A program made the position numbers and the translations under genes. The notes below the pieces were generated by a model. The model saw only the letters and a list, made by a program, of their open reading frames with translations, ran no database searches and was not told where the DNA came from. DNA of 59,858 nt from Pseudomonadota bacterium (GTDB lineage Bacteria > Pseudomonadota > Gammaproteobacteria > JAKAQQ01), in NCBI GenBank assembly GCA_021798795.1, contig JAJZBR010000002.1, positions 1 to 59,858 on the forward strand, given 5' to 3'. Positions 30,442 to 38,755 of this stretch are shown here, in pieces. The stretch's first letter is position 1, and every line of letters starts with the position of its first letter.

Positions 30442-31008
30442 ATGCGCGGAACAGGAAGATGCTTTGGCGTAGCGAGCTTGCTGCTTCTTGGTGCCTGTAC
30501 ACTTTCCGGGGCATTCCAGTCACCCGTGGCCGACTCAGAAGTTCAGCACGCGATCCATGCGTTTACTCGCAGATACCCGTGGATGCGGGATGTACTCCGA
30601 CACGCTTACGCGTATGCCGTGTTTCCTGCGATTCGGGCCTCACGAGTTGTGCTGAAGGGCGGATATGGGCTCGGCCAGGTCTTCCGGGGCGGTCAGGTTG
30701 TCGGTACGGCCAGCCTCACACAGGCGGCACCCGGATTCCAGGTCGGTGGTGAGCCCTACCGCGAACTCGTTGTTTTCCTGGATCGTAAATCCTTTGCCCG
30801 CTTCGTGCGGAACCGGTTTCACCTCTCCGCCGATGCTTTCACACATACCGTGAGCTCATGCGCTTCATGCCGGACCACTGCTTGCTACGGATCGCCTGTG
30901 GTCCCGATTCGACCCGCTCGTGCCATTCAAGTATGGACAATGATCAAAGGTGATCTTTGCGTGACGATCTCGGTCGCGGACCAGTCGTTTCTGTATGCCC
31001 CCGACTGA
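30442..31008 (+). CDS. SYLF (YSC84/DUF500) domain lipoprotein, divergent copy A
   Basis: Lipobox LLLGAC. Paralogous to 32178..32789 (HAYAYAVFP, GLGQVF, GTAS.TQ, GGE.YRE). Several conserved Gly are replaced by Cys/Asp/Ser, so it may be decaying. Confidence 0.6.
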   Translation: MRGTGRCFGVASLLLLGACTLSGAFQSPVADSEVQHAIHAFTRRYPWMRDVLRHAYAYAVFPAIRASRVVLKGGYGLGQVFRGGQVVGTASLTQAAPGFQVGGEPYRELVVFLDRKSFARFVRNRFHLSADAFTHTVSSCASCRTTACYGSPVVPIRPARAIQVWTMIKGDLCVTISVADQSFLYAPD

Positions 31009-31040
31009 TCGATAGCCCACATACCGTGAGAGCAGCAAGG

Positions 31041-31340
31041 CTGTGGAAGACGCTCGAGTGCTGGTGGGCCCACGCGGGACTGAGCCATTCGCCACGCACG
31101 CTGCTCGAGGAGCTCGCGCGCATTCATGCCCACGATGTCATTCAGCCTACACCAGAACTCCGGGCGGTTCGGCTGTGCCGCATCACATAACCCGATTCCG
31201 TGCAGGCGGTACTCCTGGATCGTTTGGGTCTGGTGTTGCCGAAGCGTATCCGGCTGCCCGAGGTCGATGTGGCGACGCCCACGACACGCATCATGGCTGA
31301 AACAAGAGGTAGTGCCGACTTTTATACCCTAAGTCATTGA
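31041..31340 (+). pseudogene. IS1634/IS4-type transposase C-terminal fragment with an in-frame stop
   Basis: The frame reads ...SPRTLLEELARIHAHDVIQPTPELRAVRLCRIT*PDSVQAVLLDRLGLVLPKRIRLP..., the characteristic C-terminal block (..LRLRCVTRPD..Q..LLD.LGL.LP) of this transposase family. It is interrupted by TAA at 31188 and lacks the whole catalytic region. Confidence 0.5.
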
Positions 31341-32177
31341 TTCGCAGTTACCTCAAAGTCGATTCTGCGCAGGTTGGGCTAATGTGGTTCGCTACACCTT
31401 CATCGCAGTGGACTGGCACTACCTACTCCTTGCCGGTCTCCCGGCGGACGTTCACATCATATTGGCACAGGGGGGCCAGTGGAGCGACTTGTTAGATATT
31501 TGGGCTATTGGGCAGGTCGTACCGGCATCGTCTGTTCCGACCCAAACGTAACGGAGGTCATCATGATGACGCAGCGTGTTGTGAGCAGAATGGGCAACGA
31601 TCGGAGAACCCTCGAACGGGCTAGGAGGCATCCGGAAACGGCATGATCCTCGACGCTAGAGCGAGGCAGCGCCACGACAGATCACTTCTCATGCGGTACC
31701 CAATCCGCGTATATCAGACAGAGCAATCGTCGTTATGCCGTCCGTTCCGCTCTCAACACACTGACTACTGAACCGAGACGTCATGAAACGATTTAAAACG
31801 TAGGGCTTGACAGGTCAATACCGATCAGCCCAACGAAACCTTTTTCTCGAAGCAGGAGCGGATCCCATCGAGATGCTTCCATCATGCTCGCGAAGCACTT
31901 GAGAGACTTCATCCGGCTCCATTTCGTAGCTGAAACGGGATGCCGATGGCATCCAGCCTGACCTTTGCAGAGCCCTGATTGGCTGGTTCGCATGTGACCA
32001 TCATCCGGGTATTGTGGAAAGTCCTGACGGGCACGGTGCCGTGGACATTCCGCTACGAACGCGCGTGATCGCGCCTCCGGTTTACCCGATCGCAGGAGAG
32101 TCTTCTTTGCGGTTGGCATGGCAGGATCGCATGCCGAGGCCTATAATCACTCATCAGGGTCATATGAGGGTTGAGTC

Positions 32178-32789
32178 ATGCGTCGAATCCGGATGATTGC
32201 ATGGGCGGCTTTGCCGCTTTTGCTCGGTGCCTGTGCGACATCGAGTACATTCAAGACGTCGTCAGCCAATGCAGAGGTCAAAAGCACCATACTGGTCTTT
32301 ACTCATGCCGACCCTAAAATCGGTTCCTACCTGCAGCATGCCTATGGCTACGCAGTATTTCCAACGATTGGGAAAGGCGGATTCATTGTGGCGGGCGCAC
32401 GAGGGTTGGGGCAGGTCTTTCAGGGTGGCCATGAGGTTGGCACGGCGAGCGTCACGCAGGTATCCGTTGGGTTCCTCATCGGTGGCGAAGCCTACCGCGA
32501 GATTATTTGTTTCATGGGGCCCAAAACATTCAAGAAATTTACGAGTGGACGTTTCACCCTGTCTGCAAAAGCCGAAGCAACCGCTATTACCGCGGGTGCG
32601 TCGGCCAGCGCAGGATATGGAGCGGGCCAGTATAGCTCACGGGTCGGAGCATCCGTTCCCAACCATGGACGCCAGCTCATCCGGACAAATCTGCCCGCGC
32701 ATGGTTACCGCGTGTTCACGATGCCCAAAGGCGGTCTTTATGCTGGGGTTTCAGTCGCGGGGCAATCGTTCTCCTATACCCCCAACTAA
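32178..32789 (+). CDS. SYLF (YSC84/DUF500) domain lipoprotein, copy B
   Basis: 203 aa. Lipobox LLLGAC. Canonical Gly-rich SYLF blocks: FPTIGKGGFIVAGARGLGQV, GFLIGGEAY and GGLYAGVSVAGQS. Confidence 0.8.
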   Translation: MRRIRMIAWAALPLLLGACATSSTFKTSSANAEVKSTILVFTHADPKIGSYLQHAYGYAVFPTIGKGGFIVAGARGLGQVFQGGHEVGTASVTQVSVGFLIGGEAYREIICFMGPKTFKKFTSGRFTLSAKAEATAITAGASASAGYGAGQYSSRVGASVPNHGRQLIRTNLPAHGYRVFTMPKGGLYAGVSVAGQSFSYTPN

Positions 32790-32868
32790 GATCGATACCG
32801 TATGCCGGGGCGACTGTTCGTCCGGATCGAGATCCGGTTCCAGGTCGCCCCCGATCCGGACGGGTCGC

Positions 32869-34422
32869 TCACTCCCGCGTGGATGCCAGGATAAATCGGT
32901 CAATATTTTCTTCGAGCGCGTGGCGTGAGTCGCGACTGATGTAGAGCACGTGCCCGCTGTAGTAGAACCTGAGATGGACATGATTCCGGAGCGCTTGCGG
33001 CAATCCCAGGTGATCCATCGTGTACATGGTCGCATAGAACGGAGTCCCCATGTCGAAGTAGCCACTGTTCACGAGCAGCTCAAGATGGGGATTCGTGATC
33101 ATCGCACGCTCAAGATCCGGGGCGACGTTCGGATAGCCGAGCGCGCGCGCGCCGGGAAAGAAAAAGGCAGGCTGATGCTTCCACTTCCAGAACCTGAGAG
33201 CCTTATCGCTCAGCATGGTGTAGTGTCTTCTGGAATGGTAATGCAGCACGTTTTCCACATACCAGTTGTAAGCATCCGTGAGCGGACCGTTGATCGCATC
33301 CGACATCGTTGAGTAGAGCGGCGCAGGCAGCATCGGAACGAGTTTGTAGTTATCGTAGCGGGCATCCAGTCGTCCGGTCTGTTTGTTTTCCGAGTTGAGG
33401 AGAAGGCCTTGGAACTCGGATCCGGTGATACGGAGGTCGGCGCGGCGCCAGAGATGGGCGGGAATGCTGGTGTAGCGGACGAGTTTGGCGATGACCTGGC
33501 TTTTGACCTCCGGATTCAGGGTATCTCCCATCATGAGGGCGTGGGCATAGGCGCCGGTTGCGAAGTGCTCGACCCGTTTGAGGAAGGCGGGCAGGTTTTT
33601 GGGCCGGGGGTTGAGTCGGTGGTGGTACCAGGCGACTGCAGCTTCGGAGGGCAAGTAGAGGATGTAGGGGAGGTCGTTGCCCGGGGCGAAGGAGGCGGTT
33701 TCGAAGTTGAGGATGGAGGAGAGGAGGATGACGCCGTTCAGCTGGACGCCGTGGTGCTGGAGGTAGTTTGAGAGAACGGCGGAGCGGGTGGTACCGTAAC
33801 TTTCGCCGAGGATGAACTTGGGTGAGTTCCAGCGGTTGAATTTGGTGAGGTAGCGCATGATGAAGGCGCCCACCGAATGGGCATCGGCATCAATGCCCCA
33901 GAACTGCTGGGGCTTCGCCTGACCGATCGTATGACTGAAGCCGGTGCCGACAGGATCAATGAAAACAAGATCCGTACGCCTGAGGATGCTGAGATGGTTG
34001 GGCAGGATGGCGTAGGGTGGGGCTTTTGCATAACCCGAATGTGGCGGGAGTGCGACCCGCATGGGACCCAACCCTCCAAAATCGACCCAGTTTGCGGCTG
34101 ATCCGGGTCCGCCGTTGTAGGCGAAGGTGATCGGGCGAAGACTTTCATTCCGGATATCTCTGCGCAGGTAGGCAATATAGAAGATGCTGGCAATGGGCTG
34201 CATCTTCGCGTTGCGCATGATGAGGGTACCGGCCCGCGCCGTATAACGGATGGTCTTGCCATTGATGACCACGCTGCCGTGGGTGATCACGGAGCGGGAA
34301 TGGATCGCGGGAGATAGGAAAGGCTTGGATGGGGCAGCTGTTGCATGGGCACGTGCCCAGGGGCACCAGAAGGCGGTCAGTGCGCCAAGAGCGATGAGCG
34401 GCAGTCGGGTGGGTCGGTTCAT
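32869..34422 (-). CDS. S10 family serine carboxypeptidase, downstream tandem copy
   Basis: 517 aa with a signal peptide. S10 motifs YNGGPGS and the GESYG nucleophile, plus a C-terminal SGH. GGAG 6 nt upstream of the ATG. Confidence 0.85.
   Translation of the reverse strand: MNRPTRLPLIALGALTAFWCPWARAHATAAPSKPFLSPAIHSRSVITHGSVVINGKTIRYTARAGTLIMRNAKMQPIASIFYIAYLRRDIRNESLRPITFAYNGGPGSAANWVDFGGLGPMRVALPPHSGYAKAPPYAILPNHLSILRRTDLVFIDPVGTGFSHTIGQAKPQQFWGIDADAHSVGAFIMRYLTKFNRWNSPKFILGESYGTTRSAVLSNYLQHHGVQLNGVILLSSILNFETASFAPGNDLPYILYLPSEAAVAWYHHRLNPRPKNLPAFLKRVEHFATGAYAHALMMGDTLNPEVKSQVIAKLVRYTSIPAHLWRRADLRITGSEFQGLLLNSENKQTGRLDARYDNYKLVPMLPAPLYSTMSDAINGPLTDAYNWYVENVLHYHSRRHYTMLSDKALRFWKWKHQPAFFFPGARALGYPNVAPDLERAMITNPHLELLVNSGYFDMGTPFYATMYTMDHLGLPQALRNHVHLRFYYSGHVLYISRDSRHALEENIDRFILASTRE
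33326..33926. repeat. 601-bp block identical to 34997..35597 (inside S10 copy 1)
   Basis: Base-by-base reading gives a constant offset of 1671 bp. Identity begins at 33326/34997 and ends at 33926/35597, and the encoded 200 aa are identical in both proteins. Confidence 0.9.
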
Positions 34423-34474
34423 GAAGTTCTCCGGGATACGCGTGCGTGACTTCCGTCCGTCGGCGACGATCGGT

Positions 34475-34503
34475 AAAAAAAACCCGGGGCGAGATGCCCC
34501 GGG
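34475..34503 (-). terminator. rho-independent terminator after the upstream S10 gene
   Basis: The minus strand reads CCCGGGGC-ATCTC-GCCCCGGG followed by T8, and begins 37 nt after the stop at 34540. Confidence 0.85.
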
Positions 34504-34539
34504 TTGATTTGTGTTTCCACTCCGTGCAGCTTGAGTAGG

Positions 34540-36084
34540 TCAGTCGTGGGCTGCCATACGGATGAAGTGATCCAGGTTGGCGTGTAGCTCGTTAAGCGAG
34601 GCATGGTGGAGGTAGAGCATGTGCCCGCAATAATAGAACTTGAGGTGCACGTGGCTCTGGAGCGCTTTCGGGAGTCCCAGGTGCTCCATCGTGTAGACCG
34701 TTGCGAAGAACGGCGTACCGAGATCGAAGTAGCCGTTGTTCACGAGCAGCTCAAGATGGGGATTCGTGACCATCGCACGCTCAAGATCCGGGGCCACATT
34801 GGGATAACCGGGCCAGCCGCCCCCGAGCGTCGGAATCGCAGGATTGTGCTTCCAGATCCAGCTTCGATTGACCGCGTAGTTCAGGATGTCGTAATGGTGG
34901 CGAGTGTGATAGTGCAGGATGTTCTGGACATACCAGTTGAACGCGCCAGTGAATGCCCCGTCGATGGCCGAGGTCATCGTTGAATAGACGGGCAAGGGCA
35001 GCATCGGAACGAGTTTGTAGTTATCGTAGCGGGCATCCAGTCGTCCGGTCTGTTTGTTTTCCGAGTTGAGGAGAAGGCCTTGGAACTCGGATCCGGTGAT
35101 ACGGAGGTCGGCGCGGCGCCAGAGATGGGCGGGAATGCTGGTGTAGCGGACGAGTTTGGCGATGACCTGGCTTTTGACCTCCGGATTCAGGGTATCTCCC
35201 ATCATGAGGGCGTGGGCATAGGCGCCGGTTGCGAAGTGCTCGACCCGTTTGAGGAAGGCGGGCAGGTTTTTGGGCCGGGGGTTGAGTCGGTGGTGGTACC
35301 AGGCGACTGCAGCTTCGGAGGGCAAGTAGAGGATGTAGGGGAGGTCGTTGCCCGGGGCGAAGGAGGCGGTTTCGAAGTTGAGGATGGAGGAGAGGAGGAT
35401 GACGCCGTTCAGCTGGACGCCGTGGTGCTGGAGGTAGTTTGAGAGAACGGCGGAGCGGGTGGTACCGTAACTTTCGCCGAGGATGAACTTGGGTGAGTTC
35501 CAGCGGTTGAATTTGGTGAGGTAGCGCATGATGAAGGCGCCCACCGAATGGGCATCGGCATCAATGCCCCAGAACTGCTGGGGCTTCGCCTGACCGAGCA
35601 TGCGGCTATAGCCTGTGCCTACGGGATCGATGAAGACGATGTCGGTTCGATTGAGGATACTGTCAGGATTCTTGACGATGGGGTAGGGGGGAGGGGGGGA
35701 CGATTGGGCATTGGTTGGAACCGCAACGCGCCAGGGACCGATGCCGCCCAGATGGAGCCAGACCGTCGATGAACCGGGTCCGCCGTTATACGCGAAAGTG
35801 ATAGGCCGATCCTGTTCATTTGAAATTCCATCGCGCGTATAGGCTACATAGAAGATGCTTGCAATGGGCTGCATCTTCGCGTTGCGCATGATGAGGGTAC
35901 CGGCCCGCGCCGTATAACGGATGGTCTTGCCGTTGATGACCACGCTGCCATGGGTGACCACAGAACGGGAATGGGCGGGTTTGGGAGCCATGGGCATGGG
36001 CTTGGCCATGGCGACTGGAGCGAGCAGGCAGCCAGACAAAATGCCAGCTCCGATGAAAGATATGCTAAATATGAATCTTTTCAT
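34540..36084 (-). CDS. S10 family serine carboxypeptidase, upstream tandem copy
   Basis: 514 aa. Signal/lipobox-like N-terminus MKRFIFSISFIGAGILSGC. YNGGPGSS, GESYG and CGH motifs. Confidence 0.85.
   Translation of the reverse strand: MKRFIFSISFIGAGILSGCLLAPVAMAKPMPMAPKPAHSRSVVTHGSVVINGKTIRYTARAGTLIMRNAKMQPIASIFYVAYTRDGISNEQDRPITFAYNGGPGSSTVWLHLGGIGPWRVAVPTNAQSSPPPPYPIVKNPDSILNRTDIVFIDPVGTGYSRMLGQAKPQQFWGIDADAHSVGAFIMRYLTKFNRWNSPKFILGESYGTTRSAVLSNYLQHHGVQLNGVILLSSILNFETASFAPGNDLPYILYLPSEAAVAWYHHRLNPRPKNLPAFLKRVEHFATGAYAHALMMGDTLNPEVKSQVIAKLVRYTSIPAHLWRRADLRITGSEFQGLLLNSENKQTGRLDARYDNYKLVPMLPLPVYSTMTSAIDGAFTGAFNWYVQNILHYHTRHHYDILNYAVNRSWIWKHNPAIPTLGGGWPGYPNVAPDLERAMVTNPHLELLVNNGYFDLGTPFFATVYTMEHLGLPKALQSHVHLKFYYCGHMLYLHHASLNELHANLDHFIRMAAHD
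34997..35597. repeat. 601-bp block identical to 33326..33926 (inside S10 copy 2)
   Basis: See the partner repeat. A second near-identical block, 34177..34285 vs 35848..35956, has about 4 mismatches and includes a 71-bp exact run. Confidence 0.9.
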
Positions 36085-36301
36085 AGGGTTCCCCCATGTT
36101 CTTTAAAAGGTAGATTAAGTCGACATACAAATATGTCGGTGTGTTGGATCATGGCGCGCGGGAAAAGTTCCGAAAAGATAAGTGAATACGCTTGAGTTGG
36201 ATTGGTGCAACAAGGAGTGATATTGGGTTCTGGAGACCCGAATCTGTTCCATGTAAGGTAGTGCGGTAAACCCAGCGAGCCGAAAAGGCATCTAAAAGGG
36301 T

Positions 36302-36877
36302 ATGGAAGACACATGCTCCCCTCTGGACAGCTTTGGGAACCAGGCCGAATGTCGTGGTGCCCAAGAAGAACTCGTCTATCGCGCAAGGCAAGGCGATGTT
36401 TCGTCATTTGAGAAACTCTACCGACTCCATATCGGGCATGTCTATGCTTTGTGTCTGCGCCTGTCGGGCGAGGTCCATAGTGCTGAAGAATGCACCCAGG
36501 AAGCGTTTATCCACGCGTGGCAGTCCATGGGCCGCTTTCGCGGGGAAGCGGCGTTTGGTTCCTGGCTCTACCGGATCGCCGTGAACACCGTTTTGGCGCG
36601 TTACCGTGCAGAGCTGCGCCGAAGTCTTTCGTTTGCGCCGGCAGACACAGATGAAGCGGAACGGGTTCCAAGTAGCGATGCTCCACTTGAGCTGGCACTC
36701 GATCTGGACCGGACGATCCGCGAGCTTCCATTGGGTGCCCGGGTTGTATTCGTCCTGCATGATATCGAAGGCTATGGACATCCCGAGATCGCATCCATGA
36801 CGCACCTCGCGGTCGGGACCTCAAAAGCGCATCTGCATCGCGCGCGCCGGATTTTGCGGAGACGACTCGTCCCATGA
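36302..36877 (+). CDS. ECF-type sigma-70 family RNA polymerase sigma factor
   Basis: 191 aa. Region 2 (FEKLYRLHIGHVYALCLRL...QEAFIHAW...FGSWLYRIAVN) and a region 4 HTH (HPEIASMTHLAVGTSKAHLHRARRIL). Confidence 0.88.
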   Translation: MEDTCSPLDSFGNQAECRGAQEELVYRARQGDVSSFEKLYRLHIGHVYALCLRLSGEVHSAEECTQEAFIHAWQSMGRFRGEAAFGSWLYRIAVNTVLARYRAELRRSLSFAPADTDEAERVPSSDAPLELALDLDRTIRELPLGARVVFVLHDIEGYGHPEIASMTHLAVGTSKAHLHRARRILRRRLVP

Positions 36878-37398
36878 CTGACCTGTGGGAGGATGAGGGT
36901 CGAAAAGTTGCCGAAGCGGTGCGGGGTGCCCTCCGCACGCTTGCCCCGGAACGCGATCTATGGCCGGATATCTCCCGAAAGCTGGCACCCAGGCGATCCG
37001 GATGGGTTAGAGGCTCTCTTGCAATTGCCGCAGCGGTCGTTCTGATGGCAGTGGGAGTTTGGTGGGCCCCTGCGGGGAACTGGTTGCAGCGGGGGCCCCC
37101 TGCGGGCAGGAGTACCGCCGCCTTCGCGGAGAAAGTCGTGAACCGGAGAGACCCATCGATGGATCTTGTCTGGCGCGCAGCGCACGATCCATACTTGCCG
37201 TATGCCACGCGGTCAGTCCTGATCTCCAATCTGCTCATTCTTCATCATGCGCAACTTGCGCTCGCTCGGGCCATGACCCGCCATCCGGATACTCCTGGCC
37301 TGAGTGATCTCATGATCCATCTCGAGAGCGAGCGAGCAAGATTCATGACGAGCGTCGAAGAAGCCCAAATCCAATCCAACCCGAGGATCATGTTATGA
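36874..37398 (+). CDS. putative single-pass anti-sigma factor (non-zinc type)
   Basis: 174 aa. ATGA overlap with the sigma gene. Short cytoplasmic N-terminus, one TM (SLAIAAAVVLMAVGVWW) and a periplasmic tail. No Cys/His zinc motif. Called by position and topology only. Confidence 0.55.
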   Translation: MTDLWEDEGRKVAEAVRGALRTLAPERDLWPDISRKLAPRRSGWVRGSLAIAAAVVLMAVGVWWAPAGNWLQRGPPAGRSTAAFAEKVVNRRDPSMDLVWRAAHDPYLPYATRSVLISNLLILHHAQLALARAMTRHPDTPGLSDLMIHLESERARFMTSVEEAQIQSNPRIML

Positions 37399-38321
37399 AA
37401 ACGTCGATATCAACGCACTGGTTATCTCCGTCCACGCGTGTCTGGGCTCTGATCGGGGCATCCTGGTTCCTCATCCACATGCCCATGGCACACTCGCGTC
37501 CCATCAATCTGACCCATGCGGCAACTCCGATGGAGCGGGTTCTGATCAACAATACCGCCGGCTCGGTTACGGTTTATGGCTGGAAACGGGATGCCGTACA
37601 CGTCTCGGGCACGCTGGGTGCGGGGAGTGAACGTCTGGCCGTTCATGCCCGTAAGGGCTGGATCCGGATCCGTGTGGTGCTCCCGGAGTATGCGATGAAC
37701 GTCCGGGGCACGCATCTCGTCGTGGATGTGCCGATTGCAAGCCGCCTGGTTGTGAAGACGGTAAGCGCCGAGATCCAAGCAAGCGGGCTTGCGGGAGTTG
37801 CGCACCTGAAGAGTGTCAGCGGGAACGTGCTGCTTCAATCCCAGTCCCATGTGATCACGGTGAAATCTGTGAGTGGGACCGTTCGCATCGCCGGATCTGC
37901 CCCGCTTGCCAGGATCCGTGCGCAAACCGTGAGTGGTGGGGTCTCGTTCCAGGCGATCCGCGGCTGGGTGCGGGCGAGCAGTGTGAGTGGTTCGATCCAG
38001 GCGTCGGATCATTTGCGTATGACCCGTGCGTTACTCCATTCAACCTCTGGAAATGTCCGGTTCGATGGACCCGTGCTTAGCCAGGGTCGGTATGTCCTGA
38101 CCAGCGTGAGTGGGGATATCGACGTACTTTTGAGTCCACATCCGGACGCACGTTTCTACGTGTCCACTTTGAGCGGCAGCATCAGAAACAACTTTGGTCC
38201 GAGCGCGCGCCGACAAAGCGCGTACGGACCCGGCCGGATCCTTGATTTTGTGAGTGGCAAGCACGGCGCATCTGTGAAGATCCATACCCTGAGCGGCGAT
38301 ATTACTCTGCGTGTGCGCTAA
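37395..38321 (+). CDS. DUF4097-type beta-helical repeat protein (putative exported)
   Basis: 308 aa with a signal-like N-terminus. Contains about 9 repeats of (V/T/L)SG(N/T/G/S/D)(V/I)xxxx (VSGNVLLQS, VSGTVRIAG, VSGGVSFQA, VSGSIQAS, TSGNVRFDG, VSGDIDVLL, LSGSIRNNF, LSGDITLRV). ATGA overlap with the anti-sigma gene. Confidence 0.8.
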   Translation: MKTSISTHWLSPSTRVWALIGASWFLIHMPMAHSRPINLTHAATPMERVLINNTAGSVTVYGWKRDAVHVSGTLGAGSERLAVHARKGWIRIRVVLPEYAMNVRGTHLVVDVPIASRLVVKTVSAEIQASGLAGVAHLKSVSGNVLLQSQSHVITVKSVSGTVRIAGSAPLARIRAQTVSGGVSFQAIRGWVRASSVSGSIQASDHLRMTRALLHSTSGNVRFDGPVLSQGRYVLTSVSGDIDVLLSPHPDARFYVSTLSGSIRNNFGPSARRQSAYGPGRILDFVSGKHGASVKIHTLSGDITLRVR

Positions 38322-38430
38322 CTCCCTTACGCACCCGGCGTGTGCTTCCGAACGTATCGGATCCGGTTTTCAACCTGCCGATGACGTGCGTTCGGACGTT
38401 CGGTACCCGCTTCGTGATCGGGTGTCGTGA

Positions 38431-38580
38431 TTACAAGTAGTCACGAACGATGCGCCAGCCCCAATACACGCCCAGGATGGAACCCAATCCGGAGACTATC
38501 CATGCGCCCATGACACCGAGATACGATCCCAGCCACCAGCCGAGAAGGCCGAAGAGCGTTGCAAAAATGAAGATCAGCAT
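38431..38580 (-). CDS. 49-aa hydrophobic small protein (two predicted TM segments)
   Basis: Hand-translated: MLIFIFATLFGLLGWWLGSYLGVMGAWIVSGLGSILGVYWGWRIVRDYL*. It is below the ORF-track cutoff and no homology is claimed. Confidence 0.35.
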   Translation of the reverse strand: MLIFIFATLFGLLGWWLGSYLGVMGAWIVSGLGSILGVYWGWRIVRDYL

Positions 38581-38755
38581 CCGGGTCAAGGGTTCTTGTC
38601 CTCATGGGATCCAAGGTGGGGTCTATTATGCCTGCCCCGTTTGGATCCGCCCATGATACGGGTTCAGACGGTGCGCAGTATGACCCGTGTCAGGAGGGGC
38701 GAAATCTTGCCCGGCCCGCATTTTTGGACGCAGGAGCGCCGGGTTACCGGATTGC

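Noticed and set aside
31793-32119. 108-aa minus-strand ORF in the orphan region.
   Set aside because: It has no RBS and an Arg/Ser/Cys/His-rich composition. It overlaps the likely promoter of SYLF copy B and has no recognisable motif.
33409-33771. Two identical 120-aa plus-strand ORFs (33409..33771 and 35080..35442) that could look like a duplicated small gene.
   Set aside because: They are antisense shadows of the 601-bp identical block inside the two S10 carboxypeptidase genes. The Gly/Glu/Val-rich translation has no features of a real protein.
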